From positions 4,192,001 to 4,256,000 of the forward strand of contig OZ242029.1 of assembly GCA_965205015.1 (NCBI GenBank): a stretch of 64,000 nt of DNA, given 5' to 3'. This stretch comes from Candidatus Poribacteria bacterium. GTDB lineage: Bacteria; Poribacteria; WGA-4E; WGA-3G. The notes beneath the pieces are model-generated. The model had not been told where the DNA came from, made no database searches, and was given only the letters and a program-made list of their open reading frames with translations. Of this stretch, positions 49,648 to 59,477 are shown piece after piece; the first letter of the stretch is position 1, and every line of letters begins with the position of its first letter. The position numbers were made by a program, and so were the translations under genes.

Positions 49648-50751
49648 ATGACAACGTATCGAGCAGGTGTAATTGGTTTAGGACGTATGGGGAGCACCTT
49701 TGATGACGAAATCACACAGGGTGGATCGATCTTTCTGCCCTATTGCCACGGTCCAACCTACCACGCTGCCCCGAATGTAGAACTGGCGGCGGGTGCCGAT
49801 CTGCACGCCGAACAGGCAGCGATCTTCGGTGAACGGTGGGGACTCGGTTCTGACCATATCTACAGTGATTATCGCGAAATGCTGGAGAAGGAAAATCTCG
49901 ACATCGTCAGTGTCTGCACGACGGCACGGATACGGTCGACTATTGTGCAAGATGTGGCACGCTCCAGTGTTAGGGCAATCTGGGCGGAAAAACCGATTGC
50001 GCTCAGCCTCGCCGAGGCGGATGCGATGGTGGACACTTGTCGAGATGAAGGCGTCGCACTGGCGATCAATTGTGCGCGACGCTGGAATCCGTTCTTTAGT
50101 GAAGCCCGCAAACTTATTGACGAAGGTGAAATCGGTGATGTGCTTCAGGTAACAGTCTATGCACAGTGCGGGCTATCACACAACGGCAGCCATGCTATTG
50201 ACATCTTGCGTTACATGGCAGGCGGAAATGTGGAATGGGTTTTCGGAGAGATGGAGTCCGATGAAGTCGCCGCCGGTGAAAGTGACCCGCAGGGAAACGG
50301 CTACCTCGTTTTTGATAATGGGGTGCGTGCGTATCTGAGAAGCACGTCGTGTGGTGCGGCACCATGGGAGGTCGATGTCATCGGCACAACCGGACGTATC
50401 CGTTCTGTTAACAATGCCGAAACTTTCGAGTTGATTCGTGTGATTCCCGGTGGACGGCGCGGACGCGGGGTGCCTGCACAATGTCCATTCCCGATTCCCG
50501 TGCGGATGCAAGGGATGGGACTCACAATCGTTGAGGATCTCATTAGCGCCATTGAGAATGGGACTTCCCCGAAGTGTTCGGGAGAAGATGGACGTGCTGC
50601 GTTAGAGGTAGCGGTCGCACTTCGGGAGTCGCATCGCCGTGGTGGTGTAAAAGTGGAGCTACCGGTTGAAGACCGGAGCCTCCGGATTCTTTCCTCGGAG
50701 ATTCAGAACGACGATACGCCCGCCCGAATTCGGAGATTACAAGCGCGTTGA
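49648..50751 (+). CDS. Gfo/Idh/MocA family oxidoreductase
   Basis: GVIGLGRMG, DIVSVCT, AEKPIA, HAID. Confidence 0.92.
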   Translation: MTTYRAGVIGLGRMGSTFDDEITQGGSIFLPYCHGPTYHAAPNVELAAGADLHAEQAAIFGERWGLGSDHIYSDYREMLEKENLDIVSVCTTARIRSTIVQDVARSSVRAIWAEKPIALSLAEADAMVDTCRDEGVALAINCARRWNPFFSEARKLIDEGEIGDVLQVTVYAQCGLSHNGSHAIDILRYMAGGNVEWVFGEMESDEVAAGESDPQGNGYLVFDNGVRAYLRSTSCGAAPWEVDVIGTTGRIRSVNNAETFELIRVIPGGRRGRGVPAQCPFPIPVRMQGMGLTIVEDLISAIENGTSPKCSGEDGRAALEVAVALRESHRRGGVKVELPVEDRSLRILSSEIQNDDTPARIRRLQAR

Positions 50752-50798
50752 TGGCAGGTGTCGATTTGTTTGTTAGGTATACATAAAAAATCAGATCC

Positions 50799-50869
50799 GT
50801 AGCCTGCAACAATACGCAGAAATACTTTCTTCGCATTGGATTTTAGCGTTTGCAAAAACACGCAGGCGG
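50799..50869 (-). repeat. 71-bp dispersed repeat, copy 2
   Basis: Reverse complement of 3043-3113. Confidence 0.9.
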
Positions 50870-50933
50870 GTCCTGAGGAAGGCACATTGAAATCTAAACT
50901 CGCGTCGTTCTCCCGCAAGGTATAATTAAAAAT

Positions 50934-51746
50934 ATGAAGTCAGCAGATTATGCGTTTTTTAAAGAAAATGGCTATGTCTCGCTCGGTAAGATTCTGAGCG
51001 ATGCAGAGGTTGCGCGTTTCGTTCATACTTTTGACCGGGACCGCACTGAGGTTGAAGATCACTGGTATCGTATCGGACATTACCAGACTGTGAATTGCGA
51101 TGCCCTTTTGACTTCACCTGAATTCGACACTGTGATTCGGCATCCGATCGTCATGGATTGCTTACATACACTGATGGGCAATGCCCCGTGCTTTTCAGAA
51201 GTCTGCATCCGGCACATGGCACCCTACGAGGGTGAACTGAATCGCGGCTGGCATCGAGATGGTCCCAGGCACTGGCTTGAACATCCATTGCGCATCGGGT
51301 TCATACAGTTGATGTTGTATCTGACCGATGTTGATGAAACAACACACTGTTTCTCCTTATCACCGGAATCAGTGGAAGCTGAAATTCTCGAAACGGATGC
51401 CCAGTTGGAGCGCGGTGGAGTTGTCGATCTGTACGGTCCCGCTGGGACAGCCATACTCTTCAACATCGGTGTTTTACATACCGCTACGACCCGTCCCACG
51501 CAGGAAGAACGCAAGACGGTGCAAGTCTATTACGGGCATCCGAACCGTCGGTACTTGAGCGAGGATTCGATCATACCTGTTGAATTGTGGCGAGACCATC
51601 CCGACCCTGAAGTGCGTGCCTTTTATGGTGTGCTCAACGACAAGACGCGCGACTACCTCGAACACACGGCTTCAACGGGTGAACTGCCGTTTGAGGACAC
51701 TTTGGCACTCCTTCGCGAACTGGATGTCAAGCACCGCAAGCGATAG
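50934..51746 (+). CDS. Phytanoyl-CoA dioxygenase (PhyH) family Fe/2OG oxygenase
   Basis: F.ENGY, WHRD, YLTDV, GPAGTAILF...LH. Confidence 0.85.
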   Translation: MKSADYAFFKENGYVSLGKILSDAEVARFVHTFDRDRTEVEDHWYRIGHYQTVNCDALLTSPEFDTVIRHPIVMDCLHTLMGNAPCFSEVCIRHMAPYEGELNRGWHRDGPRHWLEHPLRIGFIQLMLYLTDVDETTHCFSLSPESVEAEILETDAQLERGGVVDLYGPAGTAILFNIGVLHTATTRPTQEERKTVQVYYGHPNRRYLSEDSIIPVELWRDHPDPEVRAFYGVLNDKTRDYLEHTASTGELPFEDTLALLRELDVKHRKR

Positions 51747-51788
51747 GAATGACAGATCGCTTTAGTTGCGGTTGAGGACTATTATCGC

Positions 51789-52934
51789 CTAAAACTCTGA
51801 GTCTCGTAAGACCTCCGCCTGCACTGGATTTACATAACACTGATAATGCCGTTCGACATCTGCCTCCGGCGTAATACCTGCGTGGACGTAGACCCCAAAT
51901 TGCAGACGGAAACGGTCATTTTCCAGTTCATCGGGTGGATGGTGGAGGATGCTCATCTGTTCTGGCACAGCGATTTCCCCGAAAAAGCCCGGATGTTCAG
52001 CGTTTTCTGGGTGATCAAACAGCGCGATACCCGACATTCCATCTCCCACTGTGCCCCCTAAATCGCACCATCGCGCCCGTTGATGATGGACCTCTGTTCT
52101 GCCAATCTGTCCTTCAGAATTTTCAACGTGCCCTTCCTCCGGGATACCCATTGACGGATTCAAACGCGCGACACAGAGGAATTGCCGATCACCGATGTCC
52201 AACGGCGGTGTCGTTTCGTGAATAATTTCCAGAAACCGCCGCGTATTGCTCCCATACCATACCCGAGCCGTCCGAGTTTCTGTCATGATAACTTCACCAT
52301 CTCCCTTGACATGGATCAGGTCTTCCACAAATTCAGCGTAGACGTTCCCTTCAGTGATTCGGACAAAGCGTTGGTGCAACATCTTTCCGCAGGGTCCATA
52401 AGGTGGTTCATCCCAATCAGACCAAATGTTCGCAGATCCACCTTCACCATGCCCTCCGTAGGCGAGGTAAAGCCCGGTGTGATGCGGATGGTCTTCGCCA
52501 CCAGCCCCGCGGACCACAGTCCCATGATTCCCGTTGAGGGGCCAAAAGTAAGGCTTCCAGACACCGAGAAAGTTGTAGCGTGCAAATAACGCGTCATTGG
52601 CAGAAATGAGCAAATGCGCGGGTTTCTGTGCGATTTGATAACGGGGTTTTGGGGGTGGTCCATCGATCTGTCGGATCGCGTAATATGCCGATGTCCCTGC
52701 CGGAAGTTCGCTTGTCTGCCAGGCAAGTTCACGTAGCGTCGGCTCGAATTGACAAGGGACATTTTCATCGGAGACATGACCGTCTGCATCAGTCATGGAT
52801 ATCGCAAGCCCTGAAACCCCTTCTTGCCAATCGGGAAAGTAACGTTTCGGCTTGAAACGCATCCGAACGAGGTCATTGTCCCGCTTGACGGAACCCGCCT
52901 CAATTTTGATGATTACACTTCGATTTTGTGTCAA
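51789..52934 (-). CDS. DUF6807 / PmoA-like protein whose start is interrupted by the IS
   Basis: KPYFWPL, DHPHHTGL, ENSEG, ARWCD, FDHPEN. Confidence 0.7.
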   Translation of the reverse strand: MTQNRSVIIKIEAGSVKRDNDLVRMRFKPKRYFPDWQEGVSGLAISMTDADGHVSDENVPCQFEPTLRELAWQTSELPAGTSAYYAIRQIDGPPPKPRYQIAQKPAHLLISANDALFARYNFLGVWKPYFWPLNGNHGTVVRGAGGEDHPHHTGLYLAYGGHGEGGSANIWSDWDEPPYGPCGKMLHQRFVRITEGNVYAEFVEDLIHVKGDGEVIMTETRTARVWYGSNTRRFLEIIHETTPPLDIGDRQFLCVARLNPSMGIPEEGHVENSEGQIGRTEVHHQRARWCDLGGTVGDGMSGIALFDHPENAEHPGFFGEIAVPEQMSILHHPPDELENDRFRLQFGVYVHAGITPEADVERHYQCYVNPVQAEVLRDSEF

Positions 52935-53018
52935 GGGAATAGTCGGTTTGGAATCCCAATCCTTTAGGTTTGGGAGGAAAAACCGCCTTCTTGGAAAGGA
53001 CCAAAGCGTTGTTTTTTC

Positions 53019-53048
53019 TTGACCCTTGGTCCGAAATTGTGGTATAAT
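53019..53048 (+). promoter_or_regulatory. Sigma70-like promoter of tnpB
   Basis: TTGACC-18 nt-TATAAT with TG extension. Confidence 0.65.
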
Positions 53049-53144
53049 TGTAGTATCTCGTAGGCAGACATGTTTAGCATTACCGCTTGGTAATGTGTCT
53101 GCCTTCCACTAAACAGGGGATAAAGGCGAGATACGAGAGATACC

Positions 53145-54440
53145 ATGAAATTAACCTTTGAATATCCTGTATATCCGACACGGACACAGGAACAAATATT
53201 GTTAGCGTGGCTTGACCACTTGTGTGAACTTCAGAATTCTGCTCGCCACGATCGACTCGTCGCGTATGAGACAGAAGGTGCTTTTGTGTCGCTCTCCGAC
53301 CAGCAGACACTTCTTACGCAAGTTCGTGAGAAATATGACGACTTCCGAGAAGTGCCACAAGATTTTCAGAATCACGCGCTACGGAGAAACGACAAAGCCT
53401 TTACTGCCTTCCGCAAACGTTGTAAAGACGGTGCGAAGAAAAAGGGATACCCTCGCTATAAAAAGCGTGTTCGCTCTCTGACGTGGAGTCTCCGAAAATA
53501 CACCAAAGTGGTTCAGCGAAAGACCAAGAACACTGAAAGACAAACAATACGCGTGCGTGAGAATCCGATTGTAGAAACCAATTTTAGGTATAATCGTTTG
53601 AAAGTGCCAAAACTGGGTGAAGTCAAGATACGCATGCACCGCCCCTTGCAAGGGGATCCAAAAGAAGTTACGCTCGTCAAAAAAGCAAGTGGCTGGTATG
53701 CTCATATTACCTGTGAACTCCCCGATACCCCGAAAGTTGAACCGACAGACGCAATTGCCGTTGATGTGGGAACAATACACTACCTGACGACTTCCAAAGG
53801 CGAAAAAGAAGATAACCCGCGTTGGTATCGCCAAGCAGAAGGTTTGCTACGAAAACACTCTAAAGACCTTTCTCGAAAGAAAAAAGGGAGCCAGCGTTGG
53901 CAGAAACACCAACACAAACTCGGTTTACACCATGAGCGAACCGCGAACAAACGCAAAGACTTTATCGGTAAACTCGTCTATAAACTCTACCACCATAAAA
54001 AAAACAATGTTTTAGTGGCAGAGGATTTAGGCGTATCAAACATGGTTCAGAATAAACACCTCAGCAAGAGCATCAGCGATGCATCTTGGGCTAAATTCTT
54101 TAAGTGGTGTGCGGACATAGCCGAAAGAGACGGTCTGTACTTCCACCAAGTTGATCCCAAGAACACTTCGCAAACTTGCTCTGCTTGTGGTAAGAAGTCG
54201 CCAAAGAAACTTTCGTTGGCGATACGCACCTTTGATTGTAGTTTTTGTGGCACGGTTTTAGACCGAGACCACAACGCTGCGATAAACATACTTTTACGGG
54301 CGGCTTGCGCCCTTCGTGGAGAGCGTTGGGTTACCGACCTCACTGAAGCGAGAAACACCAACGAAGCACGAGACACGGGCTTAGAGACTGCTGAACAACT
54401 CTTGTTGTTTAATGGCCTCTTAACAAGCCCAAGTCTTTAG
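53145..54440 (+). CDS. tnpB: RNA-guided endonuclease TnpB
   Basis: RuvC residues D (AVDVG), E (AEDL), D (DRDHNAA); CxxC/CxxC zinc ribbon; N-terminal YP...Q. Confidence 0.95.
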   Translation: MKLTFEYPVYPTRTQEQILLAWLDHLCELQNSARHDRLVAYETEGAFVSLSDQQTLLTQVREKYDDFREVPQDFQNHALRRNDKAFTAFRKRCKDGAKKKGYPRYKKRVRSLTWSLRKYTKVVQRKTKNTERQTIRVRENPIVETNFRYNRLKVPKLGEVKIRMHRPLQGDPKEVTLVKKASGWYAHITCELPDTPKVEPTDAIAVDVGTIHYLTTSKGEKEDNPRWYRQAEGLLRKHSKDLSRKKKGSQRWQKHQHKLGLHHERTANKRKDFIGKLVYKLYHHKKNNVLVAEDLGVSNMVQNKHLSKSISDASWAKFFKWCADIAERDGLYFHQVDPKNTSQTCSACGKKSPKKLSLAIRTFDCSFCGTVLDRDHNAAINILLRAACALRGERWVTDLTEARNTNEARDTGLETAEQLLLFNGLLTSPSL

Positions 54441-54472
54441 GCTTGGGTACATTGACTAGTTAACTCCTGTTC
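54290..54472 (+). ncRNA. Predicted TnpB omega/reRNA overlapping the tnpB 3' end; guide from flank 54457-54472
   Basis: Established TnpB architecture plus the right-end hairpin; 5' boundary is approximate. Confidence 0.55.
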
Positions 54473-54574
54473 GCTTCACAGCGAAATCGTTCAATCTTCC
54501 AGCGCAAATCGCATACCTCTTGCATAACGGGTACATCTGATTGACGCAAGTCGTTTGAAAGTTGTTCCACATTT

Positions 54575-55795
54575 CTACCAACTCTGAATGAAATCCTCCA
54601 CCTCAAAATTCGCTGGCATATCCGTCAATTGATAGCGCATCACACGCGATGTTCTGTCGGGCACAGACCGGGCGATTTCTGCCTCGATTTTCTCGTAGAG
54701 CGTTGAGAACCGTTTCCAGATACTTTCGGCATCTTCGGTGGAAAAACGATCCGCGAAATCCTCGTAGAGATGGAAATTGAGTCGGTGTGCAGAGATTGCG
54801 CCGATGCGTTCTTCAATCGAAAGTTTATTGATCTCGGGATCTTTGAGTTTACGGACTTTATCCGCTAATTTTGAGAGAAATACGACCGCGACCATGCGTT
54901 CTTCTTCACCCGGGTGCAGCTTCGCCACTCCATCTCGAAAACCATCAGCGTCCTTGTTAAAGATGGCGTGAAAGGTTGCCTCAATCACATCGCTCTGCTG
55001 TTGCTGAAGTTGGAAGAAATGTTCAAATTGGGTGCGAGCCTTAGCCGGAAGGTGCTGTGTAAATTCCATATTCCAATAGAAGTGGTCAACGATAGGATAC
55101 GAATCCCCACCGAAGGCGCGATAGCCAAGGTGAACCGTCCGCCGCAATTTCGTGCTATAGTTGCTGCCCCAATGCAAACCCATGTGACTATAGACGACCC
55201 CATCGCCTGCTGAGAGTTCGATTGGAATCCCGTCCGGCATCGGCTCCTGTGGGCGTGTCACGAGGTGTTGGTGTTCCTCTGGTGTGTTTGGACGGCAGTA
55301 GCTTCTCGGCACGAGCCAGAAGACGCTATCGTCGTAAAGCGGGATGTTCCACTGAACATATCCTGGTCCGTTTTTAACATAATCCCTCTGCATGCCCTTG
55401 AGGGGTGCCTGCCCCGTTGGATCAATATCACGATGCCAACTCGCCGGACCGTGATCTCGCACAGGATTACACATCAGTGCCATGAGTGTGATCGCTGCGT
55501 CGGGTGCTCTCATGAGTTGCTGACTCACACCGAGAGTGTTCGCATGCAGACAAAATTCGACGGTATTCGCGGTTGATGGATCAACGACCTCATCGAAAAA
55601 CACTCTCGGTTGCGCGCTCGTCGTCCAAACGCCTCCCGGTTTTTCGTTCGGTTTCCGTTCCTGTTCCCAGACCACTTTTTGCTTCTCAACGAGGGTTTCA
55701 AAACTCGTTCTCAACGCTTCCAGCTGATCAGGTGGAACAACCTGTCGCAGTACAACATAGCCATCATCAATGAGTTGTTGCGGATCTACTTTCAT
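54575..55795 (-). CDS. PhyH family dioxygenase-like protein
   Basis: DDGYVVLR, WHRD, QWNIPLYDD, LSAGDGVVY...LHWG. Confidence 0.8.
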   Translation of the reverse strand: MKVDPQQLIDDGYVVLRQVVPPDQLEALRTSFETLVEKQKVVWEQERKPNEKPGGVWTTSAQPRVFFDEVVDPSTANTVEFCLHANTLGVSQQLMRAPDAAITLMALMCNPVRDHGPASWHRDIDPTGQAPLKGMQRDYVKNGPGYVQWNIPLYDDSVFWLVPRSYCRPNTPEEHQHLVTRPQEPMPDGIPIELSAGDGVVYSHMGLHWGSNYSTKLRRTVHLGYRAFGGDSYPIVDHFYWNMEFTQHLPAKARTQFEHFFQLQQQQSDVIEATFHAIFNKDADGFRDGVAKLHPGEEERMVAVVFLSKLADKVRKLKDPEINKLSIEERIGAISAHRLNFHLYEDFADRFSTEDAESIWKRFSTLYEKIEAEIARSVPDRTSRVMRYQLTDMPANFEVEDFIQSW

Positions 55796-55930
55796 CGTCA
55801 GTCCTCGTTTCTAACAGATAGCGTTTAGTGGAATCCCGAAGGTTCGGTACCTTCGGAAGTTTCTGCGTCCCCCGGACTTTCGTCAAGAAATAAAAAAAGA
55901 ACCTGTTATGTTGTCTGAATCTGACAATCA

Positions 55931-56734
55931 TTAACGATAAGGTTGCGCGGTTTTAATCCGCCCCCAAGTGAGACTCAACTTCCCGGTGGGCTGGACCGCT
56001 AACCCCTGTGACTCAAAGTTCTGCTTGATTTCTTCCGGTGTTAGTACTTTCTTGTAGATGCGCACTTCGTCCACCGCGCCTATCAAGTATCCATCGGTAT
56101 TGCCATCTTGCGCGATGTTCCAGTTCGTTTCACCGCCGCCTAAATTGCCGGACATTGCCTCATCCTCTTTGACGAGGACGCTATCGACATACACCTGTGC
56201 CTTATCGGCTTCGCGTGTCGCCACTACATGGTGCCATTTGCCATCGGCGTAATCCTCATCGGTTACCCACGCTTTTCTGATGTTGTTTGCTTCCTCGGTA
56301 TAGTATCGAAGTTGTCCGGTGTTTTGATTAAAGCCCAACCGAAAGAAATGATCGAAGAAATTCGTTTTGTTTGTGAGAATATATTGCCAACCGACGCGAC
56401 TGTTCGGGGTTTTCAGAAACCATGCTTCATACGACGCTGGTTTCTCCCCGATATTGAAAAGGATCGGCAGCTCCACACAATCCGGTTTTCCGCCAAAATT
56501 GAGTGCCTCACCGAGATGCCCTTCGATGGACTCCGGCTCACCGACGATTGTTCCATCTTTGCCGCCAACGAGATCTTTAACAGTATCGCCAGCGATGTCG
56601 TTTTTGTCAAGCGTGTAATAACTCACTAAGCCGTCCGTAACTACCTGAGCTTTCACTCCAATAATTAAGATGAAAGTACAGAGGAGGGCAAAACCGGTTT
56701 GAAATGCCCACCAATTTAAATGTTTCGGTTTCAT
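55931..56734 (-). CDS. Secreted LamG-like jellyroll protein with conserved C-terminal motif
   Basis: Signal peptide, GLVSYY, WHHVVAT, GAVDEVRIY, LAVQPTGKLSLTWGRIK. Confidence 0.85.
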   Translation of the reverse strand: MKPKHLNWWAFQTGFALLCTFILIIGVKAQVVTDGLVSYYTLDKNDIAGDTVKDLVGGKDGTIVGEPESIEGHLGEALNFGGKPDCVELPILFNIGEKPASYEAWFLKTPNSRVGWQYILTNKTNFFDHFFRLGFNQNTGQLRYYTEEANNIRKAWVTDEDYADGKWHHVVATREADKAQVYVDSVLVKEDEAMSGNLGGGETNWNIAQDGNTDGYLIGAVDEVRIYKKVLTPEEIKQNFESQGLAVQPTGKLSLTWGRIKTAQPYR

Positions 56735-57126
56735 GGCTGCCTCCATTTTTCCAGTTTAGTGATACGATGTGAAAAACTAACGGATACCCTCTAAATCGCG
56801 TCTATCACATTTCGATTGTGGCTATGATGGCAAATTTGACGAGGATTGTCAATAAAAAAATCAAACTCATTTTTTTGTTGACTTGTCTGTCTAAAACCTG
56901 TATCCTCATAAAAACAACTCATTCATATCATTAAATACAGGGGATGAAAGTGTCCCAAGAGTAAATACTTCTGATTAATGGTGTTCGGCTTTGGACAGCC
57001 ATTCCCGAATCAGGACATTATCCTTGGGTAGAGAAGCCCGATGAAGTGAAGGCATCACTCAGGCGGTTTGTAGTAGATTTTATAATTAACGAGACAGTAT
57101 GAGCAATCAAGATTTAGGAGAAAAAA

Positions 57127-57627
57127 ATGAAACTTAATAAAATCGGAACACAATGGCCTGTGAAATTCAAATCAAGTCTTCTTATTCTACCTCTGGGTAT
57201 ACTCTTATCTCTGCCGTTTGTCGGTTGCGGAACGGTTATCAATAAATTTATATCAGAGAGTGCGTACGAAGCCCCTCAGTTCCCAAAGTCCGAACTCGCC
57301 ACTATCCAAATTGACACGGAGGGCGGGTGGCTCCAACGGTATAAGTTAATCGCGTTCCGAATTGATGGCAAATTAGCCGCACGCAAGCAGATTGATGTAC
57401 ACGAGGAGCCCGCTATTGACGAAATTTTGGTCCTACCAGGAAAGCGTGATATGTCGGTAACGACGATACACCGTCATTTTTTTGATAACGACACGGGGAC
57501 CACCACCCAAATCGTGTCCAAATTCTCTGCTGATGTAAAAGCAGGTGGCACCTATTTGTTGAAGGACGACAACAAATTGGTTGATGCGAGTACAGGTGAG
57601 GTTGTCAGCCAATGGAAACTTTTTTAA
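57127..57627 (+). CDS. Putative lipoprotein
   Basis: Hydrophobic signal ending FVG-C; AGGAG RBS. Confidence 0.65.
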   Translation: MKLNKIGTQWPVKFKSSLLILPLGILLSLPFVGCGTVINKFISESAYEAPQFPKSELATIQIDTEGGWLQRYKLIAFRIDGKLAARKQIDVHEEPAIDEILVLPGKRDMSVTTIHRHFFDNDTGTTTQIVSKFSADVKAGGTYLLKDDNKLVDASTGEVVSQWKLF

Positions 57628-57717
57628 TTCAAAAAATGCTGCCGATTTATGTTGGGCAAGTTGTGCCTTTTCGATATTAACTGGGCTGCAAGTCCACCGA
57701 AATTCTGAGGAGACGTT

Positions 57718-58590
57718 ATGCTAATTCGTGGTGACGACAGTGCGATCAATCTTCCGTCTACACTAACGGAAGAGGAGAAGTGGCACTACGATCTGTTTGG
57801 CTATTTAGTGCTTCGGCAGGTGGTATCGCCAGCAGAGGTTGAACGGATGCTTGAGATAGCAAACAAGTGGTTCGCTGATCCCGAAACTGCCCCCGAACCG
57901 GTGAATGTCACGCAAGACGAACATAGCGGTGTGCTGAACAACGTTCAATACGGCGACCGGATTTTCGAGCGGTTATCCCTCAATGAGAAGGTGATGCGAA
58001 TTGTGATGGGCTTGATGTGGAACCGTCCGAGGCTCTTCAATTGTGCTCTCGTCTTACAAAAGCAACGTCCCATCTCCGAAGGTGAAAAGGAGAGACTGCA
58101 TCGCGATACCAGCGGTTTTGAATTTCCCGATGGATTCCATAATCCGCATAACGATTATCAAGCCGGTAACGGACAGATTTATAGCAATTTCGTCAACACC
58201 GCTATAACACTCGTCGATGTACCGAAGGACAACGGTTTCATGTGCATCCCCGGTACACATAAATCACGAATTACGTTTCCGACAACACTTGACATTGACA
58301 ACGAATGGGCACCCGCAATTACGTTTGAGCTGAAGGCAGGAGATTGTCTCATCTTTTCACCGCGTTTGATGCACGGAGCGAAATTTTGGAAAGTCGATTC
58401 TCCGCGTCGGGTTGTCTTCAATCGGTATCAATTCAGCTTCTATTTCAATGAGAACTACAGTCTCCCAATAGAAACACACCGACACCGCATCTCTGATGAC
58501 GAATACGAATTGGAATCGATCCAACGAAATGAAAAAAGATTTGCCAAACGGATCCTCAAGAAATTAGAGACCGGAGAAGAATTATGCTAA
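57718..58590 (+). CDS. PhyH family Fe/2OG dioxygenase
   Basis: GYLVLRQVV, LHRD, IPGTHKS, AGDCLIF...MHG. Confidence 0.88.
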   Translation: MLIRGDDSAINLPSTLTEEEKWHYDLFGYLVLRQVVSPAEVERMLEIANKWFADPETAPEPVNVTQDEHSGVLNNVQYGDRIFERLSLNEKVMRIVMGLMWNRPRLFNCALVLQKQRPISEGEKERLHRDTSGFEFPDGFHNPHNDYQAGNGQIYSNFVNTAITLVDVPKDNGFMCIPGTHKSRITFPTTLDIDNEWAPAITFELKAGDCLIFSPRLMHGAKFWKVDSPRRVVFNRYQFSFYFNENYSLPIETHRHRISDDEYELESIQRNEKRFAKRILKKLETGEELC

Positions 58591-59402
58591 CACCGGAAGA
58601 AAAATGGCACCTCGATCTGCTCGGCTATTTTGTGGTGCGTAACGCCGTGCCAAAAGCGGATGTCGAACTGATGAAAGCACAGATGTTTGAGTGGTCCGAA
58701 TGGGATGCATCAGACTTCAAGCCACCCATGCGAATCAATGCCCCAGTGGGGAAACCGTGGTGGGTCTATAACATGCACTACGGACATGAAGCGTTCCAAC
58801 GGCTGATTTTAAATCCAGAAATCCTGCGCGTGGCGACTGCCTTGACGTGGAACCATCCGAGAGTCTTTGATGTCGTAGCAAATATTTGTTATCCTGACGC
58901 TGATGGTTTGGAACTACATGGTGGACATAAAGGGTGGTTTAGAGGTCCACATCACCAATACCAAGTCGCGAACGATGAGATCTTCGCGAGTTTCTTTAAC
59001 CTCTCCGTTTCGCTCGTGGATGTTCCACCCGGTAACGGATTTGCTTGCATTCCAGGAAGCCACAAATCCAACTTCCAGTATCCAGAATACATCACAATGG
59101 ACGACGCACCGCCGATAGTTCACAACGTTCCAGTGAACGCTGGTGATTTCATTGTGTTTCTGCCGAACACGCGACACGCTGGACGACGGTGGAACCACAA
59201 GGTGTATCCTCGGATGACGGTGTTCTTACGCTGGGTCTACGCGAAACAATTTCACCACGCCGATTCGTCTTGGTGGCTCCCATTTGATGCACATAGGGAC
59301 GAAATCCCGACCGCGCTGCATGAGCTCGAAAGCCGAGATCACGGACAACGGAAGGCGTTGAATGAACTCATAGATCCATTTAAAGTGGATGTCCCCGAAT
59401 AA
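58584..59402 (+). CDS. PhyH family Fe/2OG enzyme with HxG motif
   Basis: GYFVVRNAV, LHGG, IPGSHKSN, AGDFIVF...RHA. Confidence 0.85.
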   Translation: MLTPEEKWHLDLLGYFVVRNAVPKADVELMKAQMFEWSEWDASDFKPPMRINAPVGKPWWVYNMHYGHEAFQRLILNPEILRVATALTWNHPRVFDVVANICYPDADGLELHGGHKGWFRGPHHQYQVANDEIFASFFNLSVSLVDVPPGNGFACIPGSHKSNFQYPEYITMDDAPPIVHNVPVNAGDFIVFLPNTRHAGRRWNHKVYPRMTVFLRWVYAKQFHHADSSWWLPFDAHRDEIPTALHELESRDHGQRKALNELIDPFKVDVPE

Positions 59403-59477
59403 AACGTTGACGCGAAGCCAGAAGATTGGTAAGATATACAAAGAAACGATTTTTATATTACAGAACTGGAGAAATAG

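Larger units (their letters stand above)
52935..54456 (+). mobile_element. IS200/IS605-family (IS1341-like) element carrying tnpB only
   Basis: Related subterminal hairpins cccaatcctttaggtttggg (left) and cccaagtctttaggcttggg (right, followed by tacattgac); no tnpA; left boundary uncertain by 1 nt. Confidence 0.85.

Noticed and set aside
53145-54440. Cas12f-type CRISPR effector
   Set aside because: No array nearby; IS-type end hairpins indicate TnpB
57020-57065. SAM-I or glycine riboswitch
   Set aside because: Only short fragments (gcccgatgaag, ctcagg) match; the core conserved elements are absent
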